A DNA stretch of 64,000 bases from positions 24,986,001 to 25,050,000 of the forward strand of contig NC_047021.1 in the NCBI RefSeq assembly GCF_902652985.1. The letters are read 5' to 3'. Source of the stretch: Pecten maximus (Eukaryota). The notes beneath the pieces are model-generated. The model ran no database searches and was not told where the DNA came from. It worked only from the letters and a program-made list of their open reading frames with translations. This document shows, piece after piece, positions 51,465 through 64,000 of the stretch; the first letter of the stretch is position 1, and each line of letters starts with the position of its first letter. Position numbers and translations under genes: made by a program.

Positions 51465-54400
51465 TCAGTTAGCATGGACTTGGACATGGTGTTTTTTATC
51501 GCTTTTAGTGTGCTGTTTCTTCTTCTTCGTTATCATCTTTTTATGTGCAACTTCATTCTTTTTACGCATGACGTCATTCTTCTTGTGCGTAGGACCATTC
51601 ACTTTGTGGCGCATGAAATGGTTCCGTTTGCGTTGCTGAATGTGATTCCCGATGGCAGCCTTCATTCGATTTAGCCTGGCCTGATTTCGATTATCCGGAC
51701 GTGGTCTCATCATCCGGTGTTTGTGGGCACGTTTCATTATTGGGATTTTCAAGGGATGCGTACTTGAAAAAGTATTTCGACGATGACGCATCAATTGTGT
51801 CCGAAGATCGCGACGGAGACGCTTAATACGCTTGAGCGTCTTTTCGGCCCGAACTCTCTTCGCGCGGTGGAGGACAGCTTCTTTCGGAACTCTCTTCGTG
51901 CGGTGGAGGACAGCTTCTTTCGGTACTCTCTTCATTCGGTGAAGTGGCCTTTCCTTTATATGCGGGTATTTGGCGCGTAAAGATCTTCTTGTACGCTTCG
52001 TTCTATCTAAATAGGGTTCCGGGGGCTCTTGTAAACGCTTCATTCGGGTCAGAGCTGGGTCACTTAACTTTCTTTTTGTTCTAACGAGGTCATGGTTAAT
52101 TTGGAGCTCTTTGATCTCTTCAGCCGCTCTGATATGTCGTTGTTTCATCTGAAAAAGATCAATCAATATGTATCCTTTGCACATAGCATTAATGATTAAG
52201 AATGCATTTTCATATGCAACCTTGAAACTTTTCACAGCCTAATCCAAGCAAATTATTCTGTGAATTATAAACAAATAGAATTAGTCTGATATCTGCAAAT
52301 AAGCATAACAACCCCCATACACACACTCATTCACACACACAACCAACTACACCAACAACACCAAAACAAAAACAAAACACCAACAATTTTTTTAAAAGTG
52401 TTTAACAGAATATATTGATCGCGAATGAAGCCATCAGCAGTGTTGCATAGTTCCATTTGAATTATATCGGAATTAACTGGTTTTCATTCAGGGTTAGCGT
52501 TAGTGTGGGCGGTAACTAATCCTACTGGAGTTAGCTATGCCATATGAATGGCCTCATGTGGCTTATTTACAGACCCTCTACACCTTTTCGATTATGATGT
52601 CACTCTAGATAATGTCAGACTCCCAGTCATATGGAAGACATCTCTTGTTTTCGTTGGAAACATGTGTTTCACAGACTAAGGTGAAAGAGCAACGGCTATA
52701 TACCTGTTACAGATGTAATTGTCATCGAGGTCAATTTTCAACATTATACAAACAATAATTAAACATGCGAGATAAAATTTAGCTACAATTCATAAAAAAA
52801 CCAAATTGATATGTTATTGATTGCACTAACCATAAACACACATGTTACAGAATTCACCGTACGTATCGATTAGGATTCCAGTGGTAAAATGGTACTGTGT
52901 CATTTAGTTGTTGTTTTCTTTCTAGTTCGACGTTATTATATACACCTGGAAGTATATATACCTGTATATAAATCTGCAATTTTATCTCATAAATGGTAGA
53001 ACTGTTATTTTCTTGAGGTAGATAAAAACCAATAGTTCCACCATATACCGAGTGCTTTCTCAACTTAAATGTAAAAACAATGTATCCCTAGGCAGTTCAT
53101 TTAATAAATTTCCATCTTTTTGAAATGATATTGTATTAAAATACTGCTTTCTGAAAGAATCTGACAAACACCAGTTCACCAACTAGACATAAAACTAATA
53201 AAAACTGAAATTGATTTAACTTCCGTGTTGAATAAATGAGTTCTAAGTCATATTGCAGATAATTGTATTGATTCCAACGTCAAGGGAGGATTCCCTCTGT
53301 AGCTATTCCGCGGCGAAGAAAAAAACGTTTGCATCAGGCTTCAGACGGAACCCATACAGTTTTATTTCTTTCATTAGGCTATATTTCATGCCAGGCAGCA
53401 TGCAATATTCCCCGATACATTGTCCATGTCACATATAAGCTAACCCACAACCGCTGTAAATTGATTTTTGATACAAAGTTGCTACTGCGTTGCTAGGTGT
53501 TGTGCGTATGTGTATGACGAAGTAATTAGGATAGGTAGTTCATCTCTAAACGTTTAGATTAACGTACAGATGTACCCGATATATTTATAAAATAAGATAA
53601 GTTAAAACAGTGTTTTTATTTCAGAGTGTTTCACAACAGCAAACAATTGTAAACAGTGTATATGTATTAATTTTGACACAATTAGACTATGCTTGTCCTA
53701 TCCGACATATGGCGAGTGTCATTGGCTTTATGAACTGGTACCTGAGAGGAACATATTTCTATGCAACTGAAATTAGAGGGATATTATAACTGTAATTACA
53801 AGGAACATTTAGATGTATTTACAAAGAAAAGTGACTTTGTAATGGTACAAGAGGCATCGACTTGTTAGTGTTAAATTCTTGGAACATTAAGTTGGTTGTG
53901 GTATTTACGAGGGACATTGACAGGGTAGTTAAAATACCAGGGAAATCCATTTGGAATGGATAATTACGAGGGCCATGATTTCAATGACGAGGGTAATTGA
54001 ATTTTAAGTGGTAACTAAGTAGGACATTGATTTCGAAAGGGCAGCTACAAGGGACATTGACATCTTAGTGGTAATTGCGAGGGGTACTTATTATGTAGTT
54101 ATGTACAGAGTCATGAGGGACACTTGCGATTCCTGAACAAAGGCTAGAGCTAGAACAATGGCTATATCAGATGTAACTCACATCATTGGATAAACAGGCT
54201 CAGTTGTTTAGAATCAAAAATGTTTACAAAGATGTTTTGCACTTTTGATAAAGCTTTTTAGAGATTTAGCTTATATATACCAGAGGAATGTATGTAGTGT
54301 AGACAGGGACGTTGCCATGACATCTGTATAGCATGTACCTATATCACCCCACTTATCACGTGACAAGCTGAATCAGAGATATTTGATCTTACGAATGGAA

Positions 54401-56345
54401 GGTACGCCAAACGTCGTGCGCTGTTTATATAGCTAGTTCTGATCGAACAACTCCGACTTCCCTTGGGGTAATATAGAACAGCGTTTTCTAACCGACTATA
54501 TTGCTGTTATAATAATAACATTAGTTAAAGATGTAACATTTTCAGATTCACCTGAAATTTAAATACAGATTGTTCAAGGTAGACTATTACAATATATTAC
54601 CATAAGTAAAGTATATTATGCTTAACAATAATAAAAGGGTGTTAAGATGTTCTTTACGTTTCAGTATTATTTTCATCTTTTAAGAAAAGAGTTTTACTGT
54701 TAAAATCAATGGGCAATTCCTAAATCGATTATAAGCATATAAACAAAGACACATATATTTCTTATTAAGACGGGAAATGATAGTACATGCAATCGTTAAA
54801 CACGGCACTGCTGGTCCCCGATGGGTAACACAGTATATGTGTATCTTACATCCATGCATTCACGTCGCATTTTTTTTATTCCCTCGAGAGAAACGTGATT
54901 TATTTCTGTGGTAAAACGATCCATAATATGTTGGCATGTAGTCATGTTTATCTTAAATTCTACTTATTTTCAGGAGAATATGCTTTATTTGGAATTCTAT
55001 AATCCGAAAACCTTCCTTCCTTTGAAGCTTATTATCAAAAGGTCCATCACTGTTTCGTATCAATTGCATAACATGATTAAGGTTAGAAAGATGAGTCGAC
55101 ATACAACGAGCTATCTAAATATATCAGAATACTGTAAGCCTGTTAGATTTCGCGAACACTTTATTTCGCGAACTAACGTTTTCAGACATATAAGCGGATA
55201 CATGATTCACGAACGTTGATCAATAAATGACATTAAATTCGCGATGGATGAGCTATTAAAGTCATAGATTCTGCAAGATTCCTATATCGGTGACCGATAG
55301 CTTGATCGCCATCTAAAGATTTTATTTTCGTACAGATAATCGCGAAAATAAAACTCACGCAAAATATAAGTACCTTGCAATATATTCTTATTAAAATACT
55401 TTAAAAAAACAATGAGGCGTTCCCGTCAACATACCGTAATAAAAACCAAAACAAACCAACAAAGCAACACTGGAAAATATGCTTTGGTAAATGTGCTTCA
55501 AACATTCGTGAGGTCCATCATTTTTTTTTTTTTTTTTTTTTGCATAATATTAGTCATTCAAAGCGAGTAATTATCTTGCAGATGTAGTTTAGTTTGTTAA
55601 CAAAAACGTTACGTCGCGTACTTTAAAATATGTACGAGTAAATATCCATTAGTTTTTGTCAGTTATAAAACCAATAATAAAATTAACGTCGATGAATTTA
55701 TTAAGACAACAAAATTTGTGACCAATTGTCTTCAAACCGATCATTAAAAAGTTTAGAATTCATATTTTTTTTGCAATCCTTAAAATGTTTTAGCTTAATG
55801 ACATTGTCGAATGGTTCAAGTACAGTCAGACAAGAGAAACACATGTACATGATTTTAGGACGCAACATGACATAAAATAACACTAGATAACAACTGCGTA
55901 GTACCCTTACTCATCAGCGATCAGTAAATGTTGGTTAAGAACTATACAAGAGTATATTCCATTCTTTAATTTAGATAATGGTACAATTGATATGAAGGAA
56001 AGGCTGGTAGATGAATCTTTGAAAATGCGGTCTTCCGACCAAGCACTGTATGATATTTTTCATCTCTGGCTTACTGTAGTCAAAGTAGAGATTGCACAGC
56101 AATGGCACACAGGAAATAGTAAAAGTTTTGTCATGTGATTCTGAACCAACACTTGTTGACCTACATATAAGTACACAAACCGTTCAAATGTTAGGTCCCG
56201 GCTATGTAGTCTAGAATTACTTAAACTATCTAAATTGATTGAAAATACTAAATAATAATTTATTTTAGTTCTTACTCACCCTTTTTCCTTGAACAAGAGT
56301 ACAAGCCACCACAAGAAGGAGGAAACAGATAGTGCCGCCCTTCAT
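51465..56345 (-). CDS. Secreted, highly basic polyprotein-like precursor with multiple furin/prohormone-convertase sites; 249 aa, 2 coding exons; family unknown
   Basis: Exon 1 56345-56280 MKGGTICFLLLVVACTLVQGKR with AGG|GTGAGT donor (phase 0). Exon 2 52148-51465 follows the acceptor TCTTTTTCAG (phase 0) and is a 227-codon GC-richer ORF with repeated L-x-R-x-K-R motifs. Extra intervening exons cannot be excluded. Confidence 0.75.
53760..54110. repeat. Highly degenerate ~30-bp tandem repeat in the precursor-gene intron
   Basis: GTGGTAATTACGAGGGACATTGA-like cores recur at about 53898, 54008, 54039 and 54068. Confidence 0.55.
55130..55382. mobile_element. Degenerate MITE-like element with TACTGTA-type ends and internal TTCGCG/CGCGAA motifs
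   Basis: Begins TACTGTAAG and ends CTTGCAATA; left TTTCGCGA motifs are mirrored by a right CGCGAAAAT motif. Confidence 0.45.
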
Positions 56346-56391
56346 TTTGAGATATGGTCGATGTTCTTCAAATCAAGAATTCGTCCACTGA

Positions 56392-56397
56392 TTTATA
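56392..56397 (-). promoter_or_regulatory. Candidate TATA box for the basic precursor gene
   Basis: TATAAA on the minus strand, about 47 nt upstream of the ATG, which lies in a CAAAATG context. Confidence 0.45.
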
Positions 56398-57724
56398 CAG
56401 ATATTCATTGGAACCAAAATGGCAGCGCTTCTGTTTTGGTCGCCCAGCCCTTCACGCGAATCAATACTTGTATCGATCGTCACGCTGGTCGTGGAAGCAC
56501 TAGCTCTACTGTTGGTCTAAGTAGCGAAATTCCTGTTATACATTACATACATTTAATTCATTACTGGTGGCTGCGTAGGAATATAAAACGGTGCTATTTC
56601 ATCTCAATGATTGACAAGGCTAATAATACTAGCTGACATTATACAAGCTCATTCTCGCCCATAGTTAACAATAAATATTCGTCTAGCGGAAAATGTCAAA
56701 GGACCACAATTATACGACCATAATGTGCATTTTAAACATGAAATCCTATTATGTGTGCACATCAACAGCAGTAGTAAGGCCGATGTACTACATCGTTGGT
56801 AAATATTGATAAGGCTGAAAACCGAGATAAATCGATTATGTACTGATGTCATTTCAATAAGCAAAGTCACATCTGCTACCTAATACTTCAGTTGACACAC
56901 CATTAATTAAATGAATATCGATATTAATTCTTATACCTGCTACCCTCTTCCTATTTTGTCGAGCACAACACAACATTCTTTACAATAATGGCTGAATGTA
57001 CATGTATAGGCAGTCGACTAATTTACTTTTTACTATATTCCTGATTGATAGTGTTAATGAAGTACTGTTATCCATAGCTGTAACTAACGTTAGAATAATC
57101 TCTCTCCGAAAGAAGTTTATTTTGAGGTGACAAATATATAGCAATGCATGATTTGTAAACAAAGTATGATTTACAAGCAATTAATTAAGTGAATATTGAT
57201 TAATTGTATAAATGTATGCTTTACATGCATGGTTCGCTCATTTACCTTATCTTATGTGTTTTATATGCAGACGAAGTTATTTGCTGAATCCACGTGGATT
57301 TTTATTGTCTGCTTCAAGACATTTTTTTTTTAGAAAAGTGAAAATGAGAAAAAAAAATAATGTAATGTTTGGCTATACATCAGCCTTTGCGATGTATCCA
57401 CTATATAGAACTATAGTACTACAAATGTAAATACAATTATCCGACCTACCATCTATCACATTGTTATCTTTCACACTATTATCTCTTATAAAAACACAAC
57501 AAAATCGGTTTGGAAATATCTAACTGGTGTTATATCAAATTCATTCTTTAAGAGAAATGCAACATTTGATCGCCAATGTACATAGTAAATGAATAAATTA
57601 ATATTTTTTGGAGAATGAAATGTACATTGTACACATAACAGATACTTTAAACTAATGTACGAGACAGTAAAGATGTTGCTATGTTTGGAGCTTTGCCAGG
57701 TTTACAAAAACTGATTAGGAGATG

Positions 57725-58566
57725 TGACTGATGTACAGTAATGTACTGGTGTACAGTAATGTACTGATGTATAGTATTTTACTGATACATAATAATGTAC
57801 TGATGTACAGTAATGTACTGATGTACACTTATATACTGATGTATAGTATTGTACTGATACATAATAATGTACCGATGTACAGTAGTGTACTGATGTACAC
57901 TTATATACTGATGCATAGTATTGTACTGATACATAATAATGTACTGATGTACGGTAATGTACTGATGTACAGTAATGTGCTGATGTACAGTATTGTACTG
58001 GTGTACACTAATGTACTGATGTACAGTATTGTACTGATGTACACTAATATACTGATGTACAGTATCGTACTGATGTACAGTATGCACTGATGTACACTAA
58101 TATACTGATGTACTTATATACTGATGTACAGTATCGAACTGATGTACACTTATAAACTGATGTACAGTATGCACTGACGTACACTTATATACTGATGTAC
58201 AGTATGCACTGACGTACACTTATATACTGATGTACAGTATGCACTGACGTACACTTATATACTGATGTACAGTAATGTACTGATGTACACTTATATACTG
58301 ATGTACAGTAATGTACTGATGTACACTTATATACTGATGTACAGTAATGTACTGATGTACACTTATATACTGATGTACAGTAATGTACTGATGTACACTT
58401 ATAAACTGATGTACAGTATGCACTGATGTACACTTATATACTGATGTACAGTATGCACTGACGTTCACTTATATACTGATGTACAGTATGCACTGACGTA
58501 CACTTATATACTGATGTACACTTATATACTGATGTACACTTATATACTGATGTACAGTAATGTACA
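57725..58566. repeat. 18-bp tandem repeat with 35/36-bp dimeric organisation
   Basis: Alternating ACTGATGTACAGTAATGT and ACTGATGTACACTTATAT units. Confidence 0.93.
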
Positions 58567-60535
58567 ATATGATTGTTTTGACTTTGAGGTACATGTAGTG
58601 TATCTATACAAACAGAAAAGACCTTATCTAATTAACTTAGCATTATAATATTGTTGTGGTAATACCTTGCTTAACAGACTGAAATTACAGACAATATGGC
58701 GTCAACGGAATCAGTATAGCATTCTAGGCAGCATTAATAATGAATCTACCTGGCAGTGTAACCTTACTAGTGTACATACACAAAGTCAGTTATCTGATTG
58801 TTGTGTAAACAATAACGAAAACCTACACTTCCATGATTTATACGCAACAATCTGCCCATTTAACACAATATTAATTAAATAATTTACTTTTTTTATTGAT
58901 CATTAGATTTTTTATTTATCTATTTATTCATTTTCTTTGGGATGGCGAAAAAAATCATATTTAACATTTGGTCCCTAGCTGTAGTTGCTCGATAATAAGA
59001 ATACCTACAACGATATAAGCAATAAAGTACACGTGATAAAATATATACATGTATCTAGCATTCAAATGTTCGAGACGTTGCGCATAATACATTGCACTTC
59101 CGGACAAACATAACACAATGACCCTTTAATAGTCTTTTTGGATTACTCCCAAAAGAAAATTACATTTTTTATATTACCAATTTCCATCAGAAATAATTAT
59201 CATGTTGTACCATATTTGACAAAAGAAACTATGTTCAATCACATATGCAGGTTTTCATAAATGATAATCAATACTGTTTGCTTTAGACACGCATGTTAAG
59301 TACCACAAATGCCAATTTCCCTTCAGTCATAAGCTGTCGACTTTAGTGATGGCAGTGCAGTTATGTAGTCAAAGATGAAAATGCAAATATATATTCTATT
59401 GCTATTAGTTTGTTGTTCGGATTTATTTAGCGTAGGATGCACATGAGTATATTATTATAATGCAAAGTGATTGGAGGATCACGTGTCACTTTCTAGCCAT
59501 GATATATATAGGAAACAAAACCTAATATAGATGATGTAGAAGTGAGGGATTGGCTGACATTCGCTTATCTTTAGGTTCCTTGGTCTCATCAAAACAGAAA
59601 AATAAAAAGTATATTTATATACGACTTCTTGGACAATATAATTATTTCGTTTCGTTAATGTAGGTGTGAATTCTGATTCCGTAATTTGGAAGAACATTCC
59701 ATATTTGGGCTAAGGCCATTTTCAATTGGCTGAAATAGGTCAAGTTAAAATGTCTTTGGTCAAGAGGTCAAGGAAAGGGCCGTGGGGCTGAGGCTGAAGG
59801 CCCCACCTCCACTCTCTCCTCTGCATCAAGACGCCATCTTTGATTTGTTGAAAATTTTCCTCAGAAAACAGTGAAAAATTCCGTCCCTCCTCCCCTTCCT
59901 TAGTAAGCGATTGTCTCAATTTATATGGGTTGTTTTTATACTATTTTTATTTAGATCAGCTATATCAGCTGTGTATTGTATGTGAAGCCTTACTAATTAG
60001 GCACTGTCTTTTGTTGCATCATATTTTTTATGTTTGATTCAAACTGCTTATCATCAGATTTAAGTCAATTTGTTGTTTGTTTAACTTCAGGGTCACTTGA
60101 GGCCAAAAAAGTATTGTTTTAGGAGCATTTTATACATTACTCTGAAGAATAACTAGACAAATGTGTATTTTAATCTCTTGTGATATGTTATGTCGAAATT
60201 GTGCCAAACCTTATCAAAGCTCTATATTTCAAATGACTTGTTACCTTACCAGGCATTTCCAGTGTAGATGGATTCTCAATGGATACTCAAAACCATTCCA
60301 GGGTACCTGTAATAAATCAAGTGGTTAATATTAATAAGCACAAGAGTCAGATTATTTTTACTCAAATTAACAAAAGTGAAAGATAAAAACCATATATACA
60401 TATAACTATACGTAAGTAATTAAAACTAACAATTCTTAGACAAAATATGTGTGCCTAACACCGAGATATCAGAGTCATTCTAGAAACATCTGACGTTTTC
60501 TCAAAGGTGCCATTAGAACATTTGGTAAAATCAAA

Positions 60536-60580
60536 ATGAAGGTAGCGGTAGCTGTCCTCTGTTTGTGCGTCGCTGTTGTA
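60536..60580 (+). CDS. Putative first coding exon (partial signal peptide) of a secreted protein; downstream exons not identified
   Basis: TCAAAATG context; MKVAVAVLCLCVAVV followed by a consensus GTAAGT donor at 60581 (phase 0). Confidence 0.6.
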
Positions 60581-60644
60581 GTAAGTATTTGAGAAGGTGA
60601 AATGTAGCTAGTTATTGATTTAATACTTTATATGACTCTCCAAA

Positions 60645-61165
60645 AAACGTATGTTTTCATTGACACTAGGTTTGAATGGGTAAACCGTATGGTTTCATTG
60701 ACACTCGGTTTGAGTGGGTAAACCGTATATTTTCATTGGCACTAGATTTGAGTGGGTAAACCGTATATTTTCATCGACACTAGCTATAGGTTTGAGTTAG
60801 TAAACTGTATATTTTCATTTACATTAAATTTGAGTGTACAAACCGTATATTTTCAGTGGCACTAGGTTTGAGTGTGTAAACCGTATATTTTCATTAAAAC
60901 CTAGGTTTGAGTGGGTAAACCATATATTTTCATTGACACTAGATTTGAGTGGATAAACCGTATATTTTCATTGACACTAGATTTGAGTGGATAAACCATA
61001 TATTTTCATTGACACAAGATTTGAGTTGGTAAACCGTATATTTTCATTGACACAAGATTTGAGTAGTAAACCATATATTTTCATTGACACTAGATTAGAG
61101 TAGTAAACGGTATATTTTCATTGACACTAGATTTGAATGGGTAAACCGTATATTTTCATTGACAA
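60645..61165. repeat. 38-bp tandem minisatellite, about 13 copies
   Basis: Unit AAACCGTATATTTTCATTGACACTAGATTTGAGTGGGT, starting about 65 bp after the 60581 donor. Confidence 0.93.
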
Positions 61166-62649
61166 TAAATTTAATTTGCGGTCACAAAATATGTTTAAAT
61201 GAATATTCACGTCAAAAATCAATCAAGGCCTACCTAACCTCTATCAATAGAGTTTCTACAATGTGTATAGTAGAATTAATCGATAGAACGGAGTCAGGTA
61301 TCAATATCTACAACATGCGATCAACTTGTATCCCATCAGATGATTGGGTTAAGTTTCAGACTTGTTTGATTGGTAATTCGATACTGAATTCAATACCTAA
61401 CCTAAGCAATATTATCAAATTGTATTGCTGAATCTCTAAGCGGATTGCTTTGTTATAAGGCTTGAGGCAGCACAGCTTGTTTATTAGAAATTGAATATAT
61501 GCATAAATACCTAAATCAAATAATCCAATAGTATTTCTCCCTGATACAATATATGTAGATAGAAATATTAACAAGGATCTTTATTGGTTTTTATTGACGT
61601 CCTCTGCCCGGCGAAGGCTTTGTGTGTGGTAAAAGAATCTGATCTGCTGAAATCTGTGAATTGATATTGATTCTTCAGTTCCCCGTTAATTCATCAAACA
61701 TTCCGTAGGCTATTGTTTTTTAGTTTAAACTTTTTTTATTGGCATGTAAAATGACAAAGGGATTAGCCGGTGCATTTGTATTGTGTTTTAATTTGTTGCA
61801 TTAAAGAATTCGCAATATAGGTTGTTAGCTTAACGAAAAAAAATATATCGGGATAAATTGACTTGCGTCTGAGTGAAAGACATTGGATTAGGAAGTAATG
61901 CATTCTATATCAGAATAATATCCGCCTATAAGGTTACAGGCCGTAAAGCTGATTTTTGTTCCGTGTATATTAATTCAATCATAATTTGGAAATAAAAAAT
62001 GACACTGAATATCAGAGCGGAAAGCTCATCGATAAACCGTGGTATCCGACGATGATCTACATTTGTATGTTCATGCTCTGCCTACACTGCTCTCTGACGA
62101 CGACCATCTGTCAGTTTATATTTTCATTTGAGAGATACTTGTTTTCAGTTTTTAATTATGTTTAATCTGGTAACAAAAGATTATGTACTCTATTATATTA
62201 CTACATATATCTACATTCTAAGTATTGATTCTCTTTATGAACATACCAAGTGAAAACAACAAACATTTAACTATGAAATCGATTCACGTGCTAACTTTCC
62301 ACACCATACTTCATTTGATATCAATACGCCAGAAAATAGTCCTCGATTCATTTGCATAAATTGTGTTTTTTGCTGTTGCTATATGTTCACTTAAAATAAA
62401 TCTAATTTAACACGAATTATTGCATTTGATATTAGTTGATGTTTTTTGGTTTTGAATAAAAAAAAAGGATAAAAAAACAGGAAACTTGGGAAAGACACGG
62501 TAAACGATGGCATGGTAATATAAATTGGCGGGATCACCGACTGTTATATTAACTTGCATCTTTTCGTATATAGCTATCAAAAGTAAAAAATTAAAAATGA
62601 CTATGTTCTTATTTGTTTTTATTCCAAATCACCCTAATGTAAATGTATT

Positions 62650-62781
62650 GATTAAATGGATATTTTTAATTTTCATTGCCGCCAAAGATAGCTATTTATT
62701 TATCTTCCGAGGTGAGCTAATGCTAACGAGCCCCACGGGATATTCATAGCCGCAATGAAAATGAAAACAAATCCATTTAAT
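62650..62781. mobile_element. Foldback MITE-like hairpin
   Basis: Arms ATTAAATGGAT..ATTTTCATTGC ... GCAATGAAAAT..ATCCATTTAAT. Confidence 0.5.
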
Positions 62782-63069
62782 TCTTATATGTCAACTCCAT
62801 GTATCACGCAACCTTGTTTGTAATTGTTTATAATTTAATGAGAAAACACTAACCAGCAGTTCCGTAACTAGAGCACGGCAAAATCCATACCTCCCTCTAA
62901 CTTGTTAAGGGGTTGGGGCAGCCCGCTCGCAGCGCACACTAAATTGGTTTTTTTTTATTTAAAATTTTTCATGATTTGTTAGTAAATTTGCTCGCGGTAT
63001 TTGTTGCCGCACCTTCACTCAAACAATCTTGCATGTGATGTTTTGTAACATTTATTAAGAAATTTGATC

Positions 63070-63185
63070 CGAATTTCCGGACTGGTGAGTACAAATAACG
63101 TTACGGAAATCCGTTCCCGTGCATTTACGTCCGGACCGTGAGTTTTCCGGACTATCGGCGTCCGGATTATCGCGGGTCCACTGTA
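63070..63185. mobile_element. One end of a pogo/Tigger-like MITE
   Basis: Clustered TCCGGA(C/T) motifs ending in GGGTCCACTG-TA (reverse complement TA-CAGTGGACCC). The partner TIR was not found. Confidence 0.4.
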
Positions 63186-64000
63186 CTGAACTTTAATATT
63201 CGAACAAGTAGAATCAGTACAATAAATAAATGTCGGAAACCCTGAATGGATTAGCCATTCACGCCAATACCTGTGTCAGTTTGCTGTGTGTCTTTGTTAG
63301 TAAACACAGCTTTACTGTATGTGGGGGATTGGGTGATGAGAAACATGGAAAGAATTAGAACAGGGCAAAAATGCTCATTACACATTGAACTGCTCGCGAT
63401 TTCTCTAAGGTATCAGATATGTTGTATACATTTCCTTGCAATTGGCATACGTAGATTTATACATGTACCTGATGGAGAGCTGAGTGTAGACAGGGTATGG
63501 ATATTCGTTATACTAGATGTAGATGATCACCCCAGCTTCACGTGAAATAGTGTACCCGATAACCTGAACAATGACGTCAGATTCCACAAATAAACAGCCA
63601 TTATGAAGAGTCATAACATTTACACGAGGAGGTAAATACGCGTCATTTGGCCTAAAAAATTCCTCCATGTTCATTACTTTGTGATGTATGCGTTCCATAT
63701 GGAAAAGATGCAAGCCACAAGTGTCTGGGTTTGTGTTTGTACTCTATCAACAGTAGAGTAGAGGCTAGAGTTTGTTTCTATAAATACTGACCAGGTGCAG
63801 TTCCCAATGCCTGAAATAACCAACACGCTATAGTTTACCTATCGCGATATTAAATGTTCGCAGAAATAACTAAAGAAATTGTAAATTCGGGAGTATCGAG
63901 AATGGAGTCGGCTTTGTCTAAAAAATACTTCTTTACAATTTCTATTTTTGTTTAAAGATACATAACTAATACGGACAGTTTTGTTTTCTACATTTTTGTC

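Noticed and set aside
52149-52235. ORF-track N-terminus MKSFKVAYENAF... for the basic protein
   Set aside because: Starts at a GTG and runs through an AT-rich polypyrimidine acceptor, so it is interpreted as intron.
57731-58468. MYSNVL/VHQYI repeat ORFs
   Set aside because: Translations of the 18-bp tandem repeat.
63271-63713. Possible minus-strand exon MCNEHFCPVLILSMFLITQSPTYSKA... (63385-63271) and ORF 63513-63713
   Set aside because: Weak signal peptide, weak donor (GTATTG), no downstream exon found and no recognisable homology.

Overview
AT-rich eukaryotic genomic DNA with spliceosomal GT-AG introns. The repeat families and gene content suggest a bivalve mollusc (inference). The first 21 kb is mostly tandem repeat: 40-bp, 33-bp, 18-bp and a ~9.7-kb 22-bp satellite with higher-order structure. 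Genes supported by the sequence: (1) an intronless secreted PAN/EGF-like-Sushi-C-type lectin gene with a 1-nt frameshift just before its EPD motif; (2) two tandem, divergent 4-exon SLC46-family MFS transporters, each with an N-terminal [DE]xxxL[LI] motif; (3) a two-exon, secreted, Cys-free, highly basic 249-aa precursor with about ten furin-type R-x-K/R-R sites, which I cannot assign to a known family; (4) two isolated signal-peptide first exons. Mobile DNA includes a Helitron/Helentron-like array, a 5'-truncated decayed LINE, Tc1 and mariner remnants, and several foldback MITE-like hairpins. The most unusual observations are the polybasic precursor with a divergent partner gene, an orphan in-phase copy of an SLC46 last exon that could act as an alternative C-terminus, and a 50-bp array amplified from the stop-codon region of one transporter. 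Most short ORFs in the track are repeat translations or noise. All gene models are manual predictions without transcript evidence.
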